Assembly (NCBI GenBank): GCA_030691625.1
Contig: JAUYDX010000034.1
Location: 1 to 50,954 of the forward strand
Direction: 5' to 3'
Length of the DNA: 50,954 nt
Origin: Candidatus Omnitrophota bacterium
Lineage (GTDB): Bacteria; Omnitrophota; Gorgyraeia; Gorgyraeales; Gorgyraeaceae
Part shown: one piece after another, positions 8,453-18,560 of the stretch
Position numbering within the stretch: position 1 is the stretch's first letter
How the letters are laid out: every line of letters begins with the position of its first letter
Program-made: the position numbers and the translations under genes
Notes under the pieces: model-generated
The model's database searches: none
Seen by the model: only the letters and a program-made list of their open reading frames with translations
What the model was told of the DNA's origin: nothing

Positions 8453-9862
8453 CTAAGAAGCCTTTATCATGCTCACGCCTATGCGCAGCCAGTAAAAAAA
8501 CTCGCCCAGGCTTTTAATTTTCCCGAGTTCTTTAAATATATACCCCGGCCTCAGGTAAAACCTTCTCGTAAAATCCTTCTGGATTTTTTTTAACTCATCT
8601 ATCTTTAAAGATCCAAATCTCCAGGAAGGCGTGCCTCCGTACAGCACGAATTCATCCCATTTTTCCTCGCCCAGGTAACCGCCCTCTTTCATGATCCTGT
8701 TAAGCTCTGTGCCGGGAAAAGGCGCTGTCAGGGAAAACGCCATCAGGTCCGGATCCAGCTCTATAATCAGATCCATAGTGGCCTTTATATCGTCCATCGT
8801 TTCCAATGGGTGATTACCAAGCATAAAAGTGGCCTCAATGTAGCGAAGCCGGGATTTTCTGCAGATACTGAACGCCTTTTTTATCTGATCTATGGTGATC
8901 CCCTTCTTTATAAGGTTAAGCATCTTCTGACTGCCTGATTCCAGGCCGAAAGAAACCTTCTCGCACCCGCTTTCAACCATTTTAGCCACCATCTCCTCAT
9001 CCACCCTGTCCACCCTGGTAAAGCAGTCCCACGTAATCTTCTTTGACTTAAGGTAATCGCAAACAGGGTAAAATACATCTTTTTTAAAGGTAAACGTGTC
9101 GTCAAGTATCGTAAAATGGTTTGTTTTATATTTAGCCGCGCATTCTTCCATCTCCGCGATTATATTTTTTACGCTTCTATATCTTACCTTTGAGCCGAAA
9201 GTCACCTTGCTCGCGCAAAAGATGCAGCTATATGGACAGCCCCTCGCCGTCATTATCTCAGATATATTTTTAGTAGCCCTGGAAAATGCCCTGCTGGTAT
9301 GCGTCCTTTTATAGAGATCCGCGTTTAAGAATTCCCTGTCAGGAAACGGCAGGATATCAAGGTCTTCAATAAGCGGCCTTAAACCAGTATCTATAAAATT
9401 ATTATCCTGAGCCCTGTAAACCAGCCCCCTTACCTTTGAGAGGTCACTGCCTGAAACTATTGTATTATAAAGTTCCAGAAACGTGATCTCCCCTTCTCCT
9501 CTCATTACTATGTCAAAACACGGAAACTCTTTGAGCGTCCTATGAGGTATAGCGGTGGAATGGACCCCGCCCACCACCACTTTTAAATCCGGGAAATTTT
9601 CCTTTACCAGCTTCGCAATATCATGGCCCGCTGTTATGGTAGAGGTCATACAGCTCAAGCCCACTATAAGAGGATTAGATTTTTTTATAATCTCCAATAT
9701 AGCCGGCCTGCCCAGGTTCTCCACCTCCAGGTCCAGCAATTCCGTCCTTACATTATTCTTCTTGAGCCAGGAGGCAAGATACCCGAGATTTATAGGGTGC
9801 TGGGTTGACACGACCCCTTCGGGCACGGATTCATTCTTTGGCCTTACCAGTATTACGCTCAT
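8453..9862 (-). CDS. Cobalamin-binding radical SAM protein
   Basis: N-terminal B12-binding-like domain (VVVGGVH, GEGE), ARGCPYSCIFC, GLESGS, PFPGT. Confidence 0.88.
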   Translation of the reverse strand: MSVILVRPKNESVPEGVVSTQHPINLGYLASWLKKNNVRTELLDLEVENLGRPAILEIIKKSNPLIVGLSCMTSTITAGHDIAKLVKENFPDLKVVVGGVHSTAIPHRTLKEFPCFDIVMRGEGEITFLELYNTIVSGSDLSKVRGLVYRAQDNNFIDTGLRPLIEDLDILPFPDREFLNADLYKRTHTSRAFSRATKNISEIMTARGCPYSCIFCASKVTFGSKVRYRSVKNIIAEMEECAAKYKTNHFTILDDTFTFKKDVFYPVCDYLKSKKITWDCFTRVDRVDEEMVAKMVESGCEKVSFGLESGSQKMLNLIKKGITIDQIKKAFSICRKSRLRYIEATFMLGNHPLETMDDIKATMDLIIELDPDLMAFSLTAPFPGTELNRIMKEGGYLGEEKWDEFVLYGGTPSWRFGSLKIDELKKIQKDFTRRFYLRPGYIFKELGKIKSLGEFFYWLRIGVSMIKAS

Positions 9863-11166
9863 ATTTTTGAACCAAGGAAATCTTTGAAGGCCTTGATAAT
9901 GTAACTAATTTGCGCAGGGCCTATGCCGGGATAAAGCCCTATAAAGAAACCATTTTTCATAACCTTATCCGCGTTTTTAAGAGAGCCTGGGACCCTGCAT
10001 TCTATATTCTTATAACCCGGCTGGTTAAGGATGTTGCCCGCGAATATAAAACGCGTCTCTATATTTTTTGATTCCAGAAATTTCACTATATCCTGCCTTG
10101 TAAACCCGGCGTCCTCTTTCACGCATAAAGGAAACGCGAACCAGGACACATCCGCTCTTTTATCCCAGCCAGGCAGAGAGAAATATTCCTTAAACTCTGA
10201 GAACGCGGAGTAAAGCAGGCTGAAATTTTTCTTTCTCTTTTCAATAAACCCATCCAGCTTCTCCAGCTGTCTCACGCCTATGGCGGACTGAATATCCGTA
10301 GGCTTAAGATTATATCCTATATCGCTGTAAATATACCTGTGGTCATAAGTGGAATCTATCTCTTTAATAAAATAATCGAATCTTTTATCGCACGCGCCCC
10401 TGGGCCCGGAATCATCCCCGCAGAAGCAATCCCTTCCCCAGTCCCTTATAGAGCGTAGTATCCTGGCCAGGTTCTGGTCCTGCGAAGTGACTGCCCCGCC
10501 CTCGCCCATCGCTATGTGATGTGCCGCGTAAAAACTGAATGTGGCTATGTCGCCGAAAGACCCGGTTATCCTGCCGTCAAATTTTGAACCAAGAGCGTCG
10601 CACGCGTCCTCGATCACGTATAAATCATGCCTATCGCTGAATTCCATTATCTTTTCCATGTCGCAGGGGTTTCCCAGGGTGTGCGTAACCTGAATAGCCC
10701 TTACGCGGCCGGAAACAGCTTTTTCCAGCAGACCCTCGTCTATATTAAAGGTGTCCATCCTGGCGTCCACAAAAACAGGGACCAGCCTATTCTGGATTAT
10801 AGGAGCGACCGTAGTAGGAAACGCGAGTCCGCAGGTAATAATCTCGTCTCCGGGTTTCAGCCTGTCTTTTAACCTGTTGGACATAAGGCCGGCGATCGCG
10901 ACAAGATTCGCTGAAGACCCTGAACTCACTAAGATAGTATTCTTAACGCCTAAAATCTCAGAAAATTTCCGCTCAAACTCCTTAGTGTATTTTCCGGCTG
11001 TGAGCCAAAAATCCAGCACAGCGTCCACAGCGGAGATCATTTCCTTTTCATTATAGACCCTGCCGGCGTAGTGAATCTTATCCTTGCCCGGAGAAAAAGC
11101 GCTTTTTTTATGGTATGCCTTGTAATACTCTTTTACTAATTTGAATATATCCTTTTTTTCCACCAC
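9859..11166 (-). CDS. rfbH: CDP-6-deoxy-D-xylo-4-hexulose 3-dehydrase (RfbH/DdhC)
   Basis: SGSSANL, FPTTVAP, HTLGNP, SFYAAHHIAMGEGG (His in place of the PLP Lys), RDWGRDC, YNLKPTD. Confidence 0.92.
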   Translation of the reverse strand: MVEKKDIFKLVKEYYKAYHKKSAFSPGKDKIHYAGRVYNEKEMISAVDAVLDFWLTAGKYTKEFERKFSEILGVKNTILVSSGSSANLVAIAGLMSNRLKDRLKPGDEIITCGLAFPTTVAPIIQNRLVPVFVDARMDTFNIDEGLLEKAVSGRVRAIQVTHTLGNPCDMEKIMEFSDRHDLYVIEDACDALGSKFDGRITGSFGDIATFSFYAAHHIAMGEGGAVTSQDQNLARILRSIRDWGRDCFCGDDSGPRGACDKRFDYFIKEIDSTYDHRYIYSDIGYNLKPTDIQSAIGVRQLEKLDGFIEKRKKNFSLLYSAFSEFKEYFSLPGWDKRADVSWFAFPLCVKEDAGFTRQDIVKFLESKNIETRFIFAGNILNQPGYKNIECRVPGSLKNADKVMKNGFFIGLYPGIGPAQISYIIKAFKDFLGSKI

Positions 11167-12086
11167 TCTATTGTCCTCCTTAATCCCTCGTCCAGGCTGA
11201 CCCTGGGTTTCCAGCCTAAAAGTTTCCTGGCCAGGGTATTGTCGCAGTAAAACCTGGATACCTCGCCCGGCCTGTAAGAAAGTTTTCCTGTCTTAAGCCT
11301 GATGCCTGAACCTGCCATGGAAACAATCTTCTCCGCCAAATCTATTATCCTGTAATCTTTTCCGCACCCTATATTGATTATCCTGCCTATTGCCCTGCTG
11401 TTAGAGCCCAGCCTGATAAAACCATCCACGATATCGCTCACGTAATTAAACTCCCTTGTCTGGTCTCCTTTTGTCATCTCGAAATCATGGCCTCTTAAAG
11501 CGGATTCTATCAGGGACGGTATAAACATATTATTCACCTGGCCGGGGCCGTAAGTCAGAAACGGCCTCGCTGTGACAATGGGCATTTTAAATGAGCGGTA
11601 GAGCATCCCGCAGTAAAATGTGGCAGCCGCCTTTGACGCGGAATAAGGAGAAACCGGGCTTGGCAGATCCTTTTCCCTGAAAGGCGCCTTATTATCCCCG
11701 TATTCCTCGCAGGTCCCGGTATTGACTATCGCTTCGCAATCGGTATCTTTAAGAGCCAGCATAAAATTCATGGCGCCTGAGACATTTACCCTGAGCATAT
11801 CGTCCAGTAAAGACATATCCCGCGAGGCGTTTACCAATGAAGCCAGGTGAAAGGCCTTGTCAGGATTGATTTTTTTTATCTCTGTCCTAAGGCCAGGGCC
11901 GCAGATATCGCATTCGATAATATTGATCTTATCTTCAATCTCTTTTACCCTCCATAAATCCATTCCCGGCTCTATGACGCAGTAAAGCTCAGCGCCTAAA
12001 TCAATAAGCGTTTTTACAAGATGCGAACCTATAAATCCGTCCCCGCCGCTCACCACTACCTTAAGATTTTTATAGTTTTTCTTCAT
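11136..12086 (-). CDS. NAD-dependent epimerase/reductase (possible CDP-3,6-dideoxyhexose 4-reductase)
   Basis: GGDGFIG, SPYSASK; context between rfbG-like and rfbH. Confidence 0.75.
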   Translation of the reverse strand: MKKNYKNLKVVVSGGDGFIGSHLVKTLIDLGAELYCVIEPGMDLWRVKEIEDKINIIECDICGPGLRTEIKKINPDKAFHLASLVNASRDMSLLDDMLRVNVSGAMNFMLALKDTDCEAIVNTGTCEEYGDNKAPFREKDLPSPVSPYSASKAAATFYCGMLYRSFKMPIVTARPFLTYGPGQVNNMFIPSLIESALRGHDFEMTKGDQTREFNYVSDIVDGFIRLGSNSRAIGRIINIGCGKDYRIIDLAEKIVSMAGSGIRLKTGKLSYRPGEVSRFYCDNTLARKLLGWKPRVSLDEGLRRTIEWWKKRIYSN

Positions 12087-13035
12087 ACCACGCTATTGTT
12101 TTTTTAAGGCCCTGGTTTAAGGTATATTCCGGCTTCCAGTTTAAAACCCTTCTCGCCTTCATAGAGCATAAAAACTGGTTTTTTATCTCGTATTTCGCCT
12201 TATTCAGGATCTTATAATCAGGTTTTTTACCTGCCAGCTTATATATCCTCTTTACCATCTCTATCACTGTGATCGGGTTTTCACAGCTGAAATTGAACGC
12301 CTCGCCGTATAACCTCAGTTTTTTCATATTTTCAGCCAGCGCCATATAGCCGTTCACTATGTCCTCCACATAGACATAGTCGCGTATAAATTTTCCGTCG
12401 CTGCGTATAAGAAGCGTCCCTCCTTTTACAGCGCGCCTTATCGCGTCAGGCGCGATCCTTGATAAATGGAAATCCCCTGGGCCGTAGATATTGCCGCACC
12501 TCGTAACGCAAACAGGCACCCTGTACGTATTCCAGTAAGCGCGGCATATAAGGTCTGCGCAGCTTTTAGAAACATCATAGGGGTGGCTTCCTTTTAACGC
12601 TGCGTCTTCTTTATACGGGAGGATTTTATGGCTTCCGTACGCCTTGTCGCTTGATGCCACGACAATGGCCTCTATAAATTTCTTATCCCTTGACGCCTCA
12701 AGTATATTCCACGTGCCCTCTATATTAGACTTAAAAGCCGCCACAGGATCTTTATTCGCCTCGCCCACTATGGCCTCTGCAGCGATATGGAAAATAACCT
12801 GCGGTTTATATTTATTCACTATTTTCTTTACTGATCTTAAATCGCTGATATCCTCTTTGATAGAGATAATATTCTTTCTCAGGCCTTCCAGCATGTTATC
12901 GGGCCTATTTTTAACCTTATCCACGCCTATTATCCTGGCTCCGCTGCCTGATAAAACCCTGGCCATGTTAGAGCCCAAAAACCCCTCATGGCCTGTGATT
13001 AAAACAGTCTTGTTTTTCCAGAAATCAGCCATCAA
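12070..13035 (-). CDS. rfbG: CDP-glucose 4,6-dehydratase-like SDR
   Basis: FWKNKTVLITG, ASSDKAYG, PYDVSKSCAD, RCGNIYGPGD; directly after rfbF. Confidence 0.75.
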   Translation of the reverse strand: MMADFWKNKTVLITGHEGFLGSNMARVLSGSGARIIGVDKVKNRPDNMLEGLRKNIISIKEDISDLRSVKKIVNKYKPQVIFHIAAEAIVGEANKDPVAAFKSNIEGTWNILEASRDKKFIEAIVVASSDKAYGSHKILPYKEDAALKGSHPYDVSKSCADLICRAYWNTYRVPVCVTRCGNIYGPGDFHLSRIAPDAIRRAVKGGTLLIRSDGKFIRDYVYVEDIVNGYMALAENMKKLRLYGEAFNFSCENPITVIEMVKRIYKLAGKKPDYKILNKAKYEIKNQFLCSMKARRVLNWKPEYTLNQGLKKTIAWYEEKL

Positions 13036-13054
13036 TACCTCCTACCGTAACAAC

Positions 13055-13156
13055 AATACTGTTCGAGCGGACGGACTGACAATACATGCGAGCTCAGTCG
13101 AGAACTTCTCGACTCTGCTACCGTAATACGCTCTCGGGACCGCTCGAAGAATATTA
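13055..13156. repeat. Family A doublet (forward 13061-13105 + reverse 13105-13149), 'empty' form
   Basis: Central palindrome AGTCGAGAACTTCTCGACT. Confidence 0.93.
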
Positions 13157-13173
13157 GGTTTTTACAAGAGCTC

Positions 13174-13965
13174 CTACCATACTTTCCAGGCAGCTTTATT
13201 ATTGCGCCAGACATCGTTAAGAAGCTCCATATCCCTTTGGGTGTCCATGCACTGCCAGAACCCGTCGTGTTTATAAATAGACATCTGGTTATTTTTCGCT
13301 ATTTTCTCCAGCGGCTCCCTTTCCAGTATGCATTTATCGTCCTTTTTCAGGTAGTCAAATATACTCTTATTGAAGACAAAAAAACCTCCGTTTATGTAAG
13401 CTTCTTTTACCTGCGGCTTTTCGCTGAATTCCTTTACCGTTTTGCCATCGCTTATAAGCTCCCCGAACCTGGACTGAGGATGCACGCCCAAAACAGTGGC
13501 GATCTTTTTACTATCCTTATGAAATTTCACCAGCTTCCCGATATCAGCGTCTGTCACGCCGTCCCCGTATGTAACCATAAATTCGTCTGAATCTATGTAC
13601 TGCTCTATCTTCTTAAGCCTGGAGCCGGTCATGGATTCAAGTCCTGTGTCCGCGATAGTGATGTTCCACTCTTCCTGAGCGCCCTTGTCATGAAACTTCA
13701 TTTCTGATTTTTTTCCCAGATGTATGGTGAAATCATCGTTCATTGCCCTGTAGTTTAAAAAATATTCCTTTATCATGTCGCCTTTGTAACCCGCGCACAG
13801 GATAAAATCCCTGTACCCGTAATGGTCATATATCTTCATTATGTGCCAGAGTATGGGCCTCGAGCCTATCTCCACAAGCGGCTTAGGCCTGAACTCCGTC
13901 TCCTGCATTAACCTCATTCCTCTTCCCCCGCATAGGATCACAACCTTCATATTTTCCATAACCAT
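13174..13965 (-). CDS. rfbF: Glucose-1-phosphate cytidylyltransferase
   Basis: LCGGRGMRL..ETEFRPKPLVEIG, WHIMKIY, TYGDG, GFWQCMDT. Confidence 0.95.
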   Translation of the reverse strand: MVMENMKVVILCGGRGMRLMQETEFRPKPLVEIGSRPILWHIMKIYDHYGYRDFILCAGYKGDMIKEYFLNYRAMNDDFTIHLGKKSEMKFHDKGAQEEWNITIADTGLESMTGSRLKKIEQYIDSDEFMVTYGDGVTDADIGKLVKFHKDSKKIATVLGVHPQSRFGELISDGKTVKEFSEKPQVKEAYINGGFFVFNKSIFDYLKKDDKCILEREPLEKIAKNNQMSIYKHDGFWQCMDTQRDMELLNDVWRNNKAAWKVW

Positions 13966-13975
13966 ACCTCCTGAA

Positions 13976-14078
13976 TAATACTGTTCGAGCGGACGTTGTG
14001 ACCATACATTAAAACCCAGTCGAGAACTTCTCGACTCCGCTCCCGTGATAATCTCTCGTGACCGCTCGAAGAATATTA
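13976..14078. repeat. Family A doublet (forward 13983-14027 + reverse 14027-14071), 'empty' form
   Basis: Same architecture as 13055; flank contains the TAA of the 14076 gene. Confidence 0.93.
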
Positions 14079-14759
14079 GTGTTTTATTTTATAGGCGAGC
14101 ATCTCGCCTATAAAACCGAACACCGCCTTTATGTTTACCTTTGAAGCGCCTTTTTCCCTTTTTTTAAACACCACGGACACGTCGCCGATCTTTGAACCGA
14201 GATTGGAAAATCTTATCATTATCTCCGCGTCTATGAACCAGCCCTTGGACACAAGGCTTATGCCCTGAAAAATCGACCGCTTGAAAATCTTAGGCGTGCC
14301 ATTCAGGTCGTGATCATTGACAGAAAATAAAAGCGGACATATGATATTGTAAAAAAAACTTATAAATTTCCTGGAAAACCCGTCGTGCCTTTCCACGCGC
14401 TTAACCTTGCATAAATCCAGGCCCTCTTTTTTAAGCTTATCGTAAACGCGGATTATCTCTGAGGCATCCACCTGGTTATCCCCGCACATAAATCCGAGAT
14501 AGTCTCCCCGGGATTTCTCCAGGCCCTGCCTGATGCCCCAGCCGTATCCTTCGTTCACGTTAACTTTTACTACCTTAAGCGCGTTTATTTTTTTCTTCAG
14601 CTCTTCCAGTATCTTGCCTGTCTTATCGATAGACCCGTTATCCACAGCCACTATCTCGTAGCTGATATTACTGCCGGAAAGCACGGCGTCTATCCCGTTT
14701 AAAACGCCGGCCGCATTATCCTCCTCATTGTAAAAAGGTATGACTACAGAAAGCTCCAT
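14076..14759 (-). CDS. GT2, polyprenol-phosphate glycosyltransferase (DPM-like)
   Basis: IPFYNEED, VDNGSID, NEGYG, REKGASK. Confidence 0.85.
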   Translation of the reverse strand: MELSVVIPFYNEEDNAAGVLNGIDAVLSGSNISYEIVAVDNGSIDKTGKILEELKKKINALKVVKVNVNEGYGWGIRQGLEKSRGDYLGFMCGDNQVDASEIIRVYDKLKKEGLDLCKVKRVERHDGFSRKFISFFYNIICPLLFSVNDHDLNGTPKIFKRSIFQGISLVSKGWFIDAEIMIRFSNLGSKIGDVSVVFKKREKGASKVNIKAVFGFIGEMLAYKIKH

Positions 14760-14760
14760 T

Positions 14761-16416
14761 TTATCTCCGTTTTAAAATATTAACCGCTGAATAAGCAGCC
14801 GCGACCCTATAATTCTCATTTAAATAACCATTGACCTCGTCCAGATATTTTCCAAGAGTCGGCCTGTACGGTTCGAGCCTCGAAAAATCCCTGGCGCAGA
14901 TGACAAAATCCGGTTTTTTATCCTTAAGGTCAGCCATCATCTCATTAAACCATTCGGGAATTATAAAAGAAAACTCCGCAGAGTAAAACCTGCCCAGAGG
15001 CTGAGTATCAGTAAGAAAATTATACGCCCCAAGTTCCGGAAAAGTAAAAACTATATCCCGGGCTTTTACGCGCGAAGATATATATCTTATGACATTATCC
15101 ATCTCTTCTGCCTGGGGCCCGGGAACCACTATGCCTTTCGCGCGCTCAGATTTGATTGCCTCGGGAAAAGGGTCTGCGTACGGAATAGCGGCATGGGATT
15201 TTTTTAAAACAAGGCTTTTTACCTCTTTAAAAATAAAAAATCTTTTATCATACTTGGCGAACGAAAAGGCGACAGAATACAGCGGAATCAATACCATCAA
15301 AAAAATCGCCAGCGCCTTCTTATACCCGGTTAAAATCCCTGCCTTTTTCTTTATGAACAGGTACGCCTCTTCAATGTATAAAAACATTACCAGGAGTAAC
15401 GGCTGGAGCGCCATCCTGTATTGAGGCCCCTCTATGTCCCTGAAAGCCCCTCTGTATAAAAACGCGCCGTAAATAACTATGGAAATCACTATTATGTCCG
15501 AAACAGCTATTTTTCTCTTTATAATTTTTTTCAATATAAGCGCGCCTATTAAGATATAAAAGAAAAAAGGCAGGGTGTACTTAAAATTATGATTGAAAGG
15601 CATGACGGCTGACATCAGAAATTCCTTAAAATTTTTTGGGGTGTCGAAATCCAGGCTTACGTTAAACACATCCGTCATCCTAGTAAGCACTATTTTTACA
15701 GTATCGACATAGGATACAAAGGCATTGTTTAAAAATAGATAAACTATAAAAGGGGCTGATGCTATAAAAAACCCTGATATATAAACAGGCGCGTATCTTA
15801 AAATTGATCTCATATCTTTAGATTCAAAATAACTATATAGGCAGATCATGGATATTACAGAAATAAAGCTAAAAGCGCCTATCTCAAAGCTTGTCCAAAA
15901 CGCGAGACCGGACATGGCTCCTGCGAGAAATAACCAGAGCCCTTTCTTTTTATTTAAAAAGTTCGCGGCTAACATTATTGCAGATATCCCCAGCCCAAAC
16001 CTTATACCGCCCCATACGTTGTAGCAGGACCAGGGAAATGTCCTGGCTGTCAAAACCAGGGCGAACAGGTAAACAAAGCCCCTTGTCCTGAATATCTTTA
16101 AAGCGAAAATAGCGCATATTATAAGCGTCAGGACTGTCCCGAAGTAAAAATACGCGTTTAATACGCCTATGTGTTTCCCAAATATGGCCATCATTGACAT
16201 AGGCATAAGCATTTCCAGCGGCCCTCTTAAAATAAACATGTCCCTGTAGAGCGCCTTGCCATGGAACAGTTCATTTATCTGGGGCAGGTATAGCCCTGTT
16301 TCGTAAAAATTTATACTGCCATGCATAAAATAAGGCTGTAACGTAACAATGGCTATTATGGCTCCTAAAAATATATAATCCGATATTAGTGTCCTGTGTT
16401 TTATCATATTTTGCAT
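14761..16416 (-). CDS. Multi-pass membrane protein, GT-C-like
   Basis: Many TM segments; LYRD..LRGP loop; C-terminal part resembles the 5971 gene (RAKGIVV vs RASGILV). Confidence 0.55.
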   Translation of the reverse strand: MQNMIKHRTLISDYIFLGAIIAIVTLQPYFMHGSINFYETGLYLPQINELFHGKALYRDMFILRGPLEMLMPMSMMAIFGKHIGVLNAYFYFGTVLTLIICAIFALKIFRTRGFVYLFALVLTARTFPWSCYNVWGGIRFGLGISAIMLAANFLNKKKGLWLFLAGAMSGLAFWTSFEIGAFSFISVISMICLYSYFESKDMRSILRYAPVYISGFFIASAPFIVYLFLNNAFVSYVDTVKIVLTRMTDVFNVSLDFDTPKNFKEFLMSAVMPFNHNFKYTLPFFFYILIGALILKKIIKRKIAVSDIIVISIVIYGAFLYRGAFRDIEGPQYRMALQPLLLVMFLYIEEAYLFIKKKAGILTGYKKALAIFLMVLIPLYSVAFSFAKYDKRFFIFKEVKSLVLKKSHAAIPYADPFPEAIKSERAKGIVVPGPQAEEMDNVIRYISSRVKARDIVFTFPELGAYNFLTDTQPLGRFYSAEFSFIIPEWFNEMMADLKDKKPDFVICARDFSRLEPYRPTLGKYLDEVNGYLNENYRVAAAYSAVNILKRR

Positions 16417-17276
16417 GCCTGCTGTCGATTTTCCGGCGGCCCTTTCCGCGCGATCAAAATCATTTCATTTGTAGGGGTTTTAACATAAATATCGGGCATC
16501 TTTTTCCTGACGATCTCAGATACAGAATGCAGAAACTTGAAAGATAACAGATTTGCCAGGCGGTAAAAAACCTCATGTAAATAATAATAGAATCCGAAAT
16601 GGGTCTTGTTTAAAATGACTTTGAGGCCCGCCTCTTTAAGCAATAAGGACAGATTGGTATCGTTGAAATAAAAAAGGTGCTCGGGCAATTTATAAGAATA
16701 CAATGGAAAAAAACAAGATGTGTCTATCGTGGTTATTACCACTAATCCCGAAGGTTTTAGGATTCTACTGACAGCGTTAAGGATGTCTTTAGGGCGCATC
16801 AGATGCTCTATCGTGCCTATTAAAAAAATGACGTCAAAAAATTCCGATTCGAAATTAAGCGATTGAAAATCATTGTTAAAGACATCCAGTTTCAGGGTAT
16901 TCTTCGCGTATTCATACGCATACCTGCTTAACTCGACTCCATACGGATGGCATTTTTTGAACTTCCCTGCCTCGTCAAGCAGAAATCCAAAGGCGCAGCC
17001 CACATCTAAAACCCTTGCCCCGCTCAAACATTTTATTCTGTCAACAATTCCCAGGATCCTCTTCGCGTTTTTTCTGTGGATCTTTTCGGCAGCCAGATAA
17101 TCCCTGTAACCCAATTCCGTATCGCTGTCAAAATACTTCTTCGTGTAAAAAGCGTCCAGATCGTCTTCTGTGACTCCGGTAACCCATTCCAGGCCGCATT
17201 TTTCACAGGTATGCACATTGAATCCATTTACAACCTTATGATTTTCAGTTACGAAATCGCAAATATAACAATTCAT
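16404..17276 (-). CDS. Class I SAM methyltransferase with N-terminal CxxC...CxxC
   Basis: VLDVGCAFG, IEH, LKPSG, PEHLFYF. Confidence 0.87.
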   Translation of the reverse strand: MNCYICDFVTENHKVVNGFNVHTCEKCGLEWVTGVTEDDLDAFYTKKYFDSDTELGYRDYLAAEKIHRKNAKRILGIVDRIKCLSGARVLDVGCAFGFLLDEAGKFKKCHPYGVELSRYAYEYAKNTLKLDVFNNDFQSLNFESEFFDVIFLIGTIEHLMRPKDILNAVSRILKPSGLVVITTIDTSCFFPLYSYKLPEHLFYFNDTNLSLLLKEAGLKVILNKTHFGFYYYLHEVFYRLANLLSFKFLHSVSEIVRKKMPDIYVKTPTNEMILIARKGPPENRQQACKI

Positions 17277-17314
17277 TGTTAGCGCCTTTTCAATCTATCT
17301 TGGAAAATTGGGAA

Positions 17315-17413
17315 CTTCTCGACTTCGCTTCCGTAACTGGCTCTCGTGATCGCTCGAAGAATATTGTTGTTCGAGCGGAAATTATGGCTCTACATACGCG
17401 CCCAGTCGAGAAC
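17315..17413. repeat. Family A doublet (reverse 17315-17359 + forward 17369-17413)
   Basis: Both units 45 bp. Confidence 0.92.
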
Positions 17414-17421
17414 CTTTGCTC

Positions 17422-17458
17422 AAGTTGACAAATCTGTCATTGACAGAAGTGTCAACTT
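17422..17458. repeat. Family C-like palindrome overlapping stop of the 17457 gene
   Basis: AAGTTGACAAATCTGTCA-T-TGACAGAAGTGTCAACTT. Confidence 0.75.
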
Positions 17459-18560
17459 AGATGAAGTTGGCATGCATGGGTTTCTGGCCGGGGTTTTGTT
17501 TAAGCTTAGCGTCTCCGCGCTTAAGGTCCCAGAGGAATTCATTCACCCTGTCCTGAAGGCACAGGGTGCCGCACATGGTCTTGGTGTCAAACTCCGGAGA
17601 CGCTATCAGGTTCATGACCTCCCAGTAGCGCTCGCTTTTCCACAGCTCTTTAAAAGGCGTGTCAGCGATATTGCCGATATGATATTTTTTGTATTTCCTA
17701 TTAAACAGCATACCGCACGGGGCCACAAGGCCCGAGCCTGAAAGCTGTATGATAAAAGGCGGGCCAAAACACTGATGATATTTACGGATGCCCTTAGAGA
17801 GTATCTTGGACCACTTGACCTTTATGAGGGTCTTATCGTCAGAATAACTCTCGGCCTCTTTCAGTAAATCAGAAAGCTCATCATATTTGGAGTAATCCAC
17901 TCCCAGGGCGCCTGTCTCGTCATCACTGCAATGCTTGATCACTACATAATCAACGCCTAATTCCCTGCCCAGCTTTGCCATGGGGATGATCTGGTCCTTG
18001 AAATCAGGCATGAGCACCATCTGGAGGCCCAGGGTAACTCCCAGGCCTTTATCTTTCTTTATCTGCGCGCATTTTTTTATTATCCCGAGAACCTTATAAA
18101 AAGCATCTTCCTTACATCCCATTATCTCGGCGTATCTTTTAGGTTCAGCCGCTGAGATATTGAACCTCAGATAAGACAGGCAGGACAGCATTTCTTCCAG
18201 TTTCTCTTCTTTCAATAGATATCCGTTTGTGCCAAGGGCCATGTCCAGGCCATTGGCCTTTCCCCTGGCTATGGCGTCGTATATATGAGGAGAGCACGTG
18301 CTTTCGCCGTCGCTCACAAAACTTATTGCCTTTACCCCTATTTCCGCGGCGTCATCCAGAAACCTGAAGATCACATCCTTTGTCATGCGCTTTTCATCAT
18401 TTGCCTGGAGCTGGCCGTAACAATAGACGCATCTGTATGTGCACCTTCTTGTAAGGGCGCAGTCCATGGTGATAGGCGCTATCCTTTCGCCCCTAAGCCA
18501 GGCCTCTACCCTGTCCCTGTGCCAGTTTAATTTATGTCCGTCCAATATCAGATTATCCAT
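17457..18560 (-). CDS. Radical SAM/SPASM protein (paralog 1)
   Basis: CTYRCVYC; C-terminal Cys cluster C...APC...GN...W...C...C. Confidence 0.88.
   Translation of the reverse strand: MDNLILDGHKLNWHRDRVEAWLRGERIAPITMDCALTRRCTYRCVYCYGQLQANDEKRMTKDVIFRFLDDAAEIGVKAISFVSDGESTCSPHIYDAIARGKANGLDMALGTNGYLLKEEKLEEMLSCLSYLRFNISAAEPKRYAEIMGCKEDAFYKVLGIIKKCAQIKKDKGLGVTLGLQMVLMPDFKDQIIPMAKLGRELGVDYVVIKHCSDDETGALGVDYSKYDELSDLLKEAESYSDDKTLIKVKWSKILSKGIRKYHQCFGPPFIIQLSGSGLVAPCGMLFNRKYKKYHIGNIADTPFKELWKSERYWEVMNLIASPEFDTKTMCGTLCLQDRVNEFLWDLKRGDAKLKQNPGQKPMHANFI

Noticed and set aside
4330-17741. Short ORFs 4330..4548, 7990..8178, 8245..8451, 8375..8593, 13032..13214, 17346..17741 sharing FERSRE or SRDRSK peptides
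   Set aside because: The shared peptides are translations of family A repeats and the ORFs overlap real genes.
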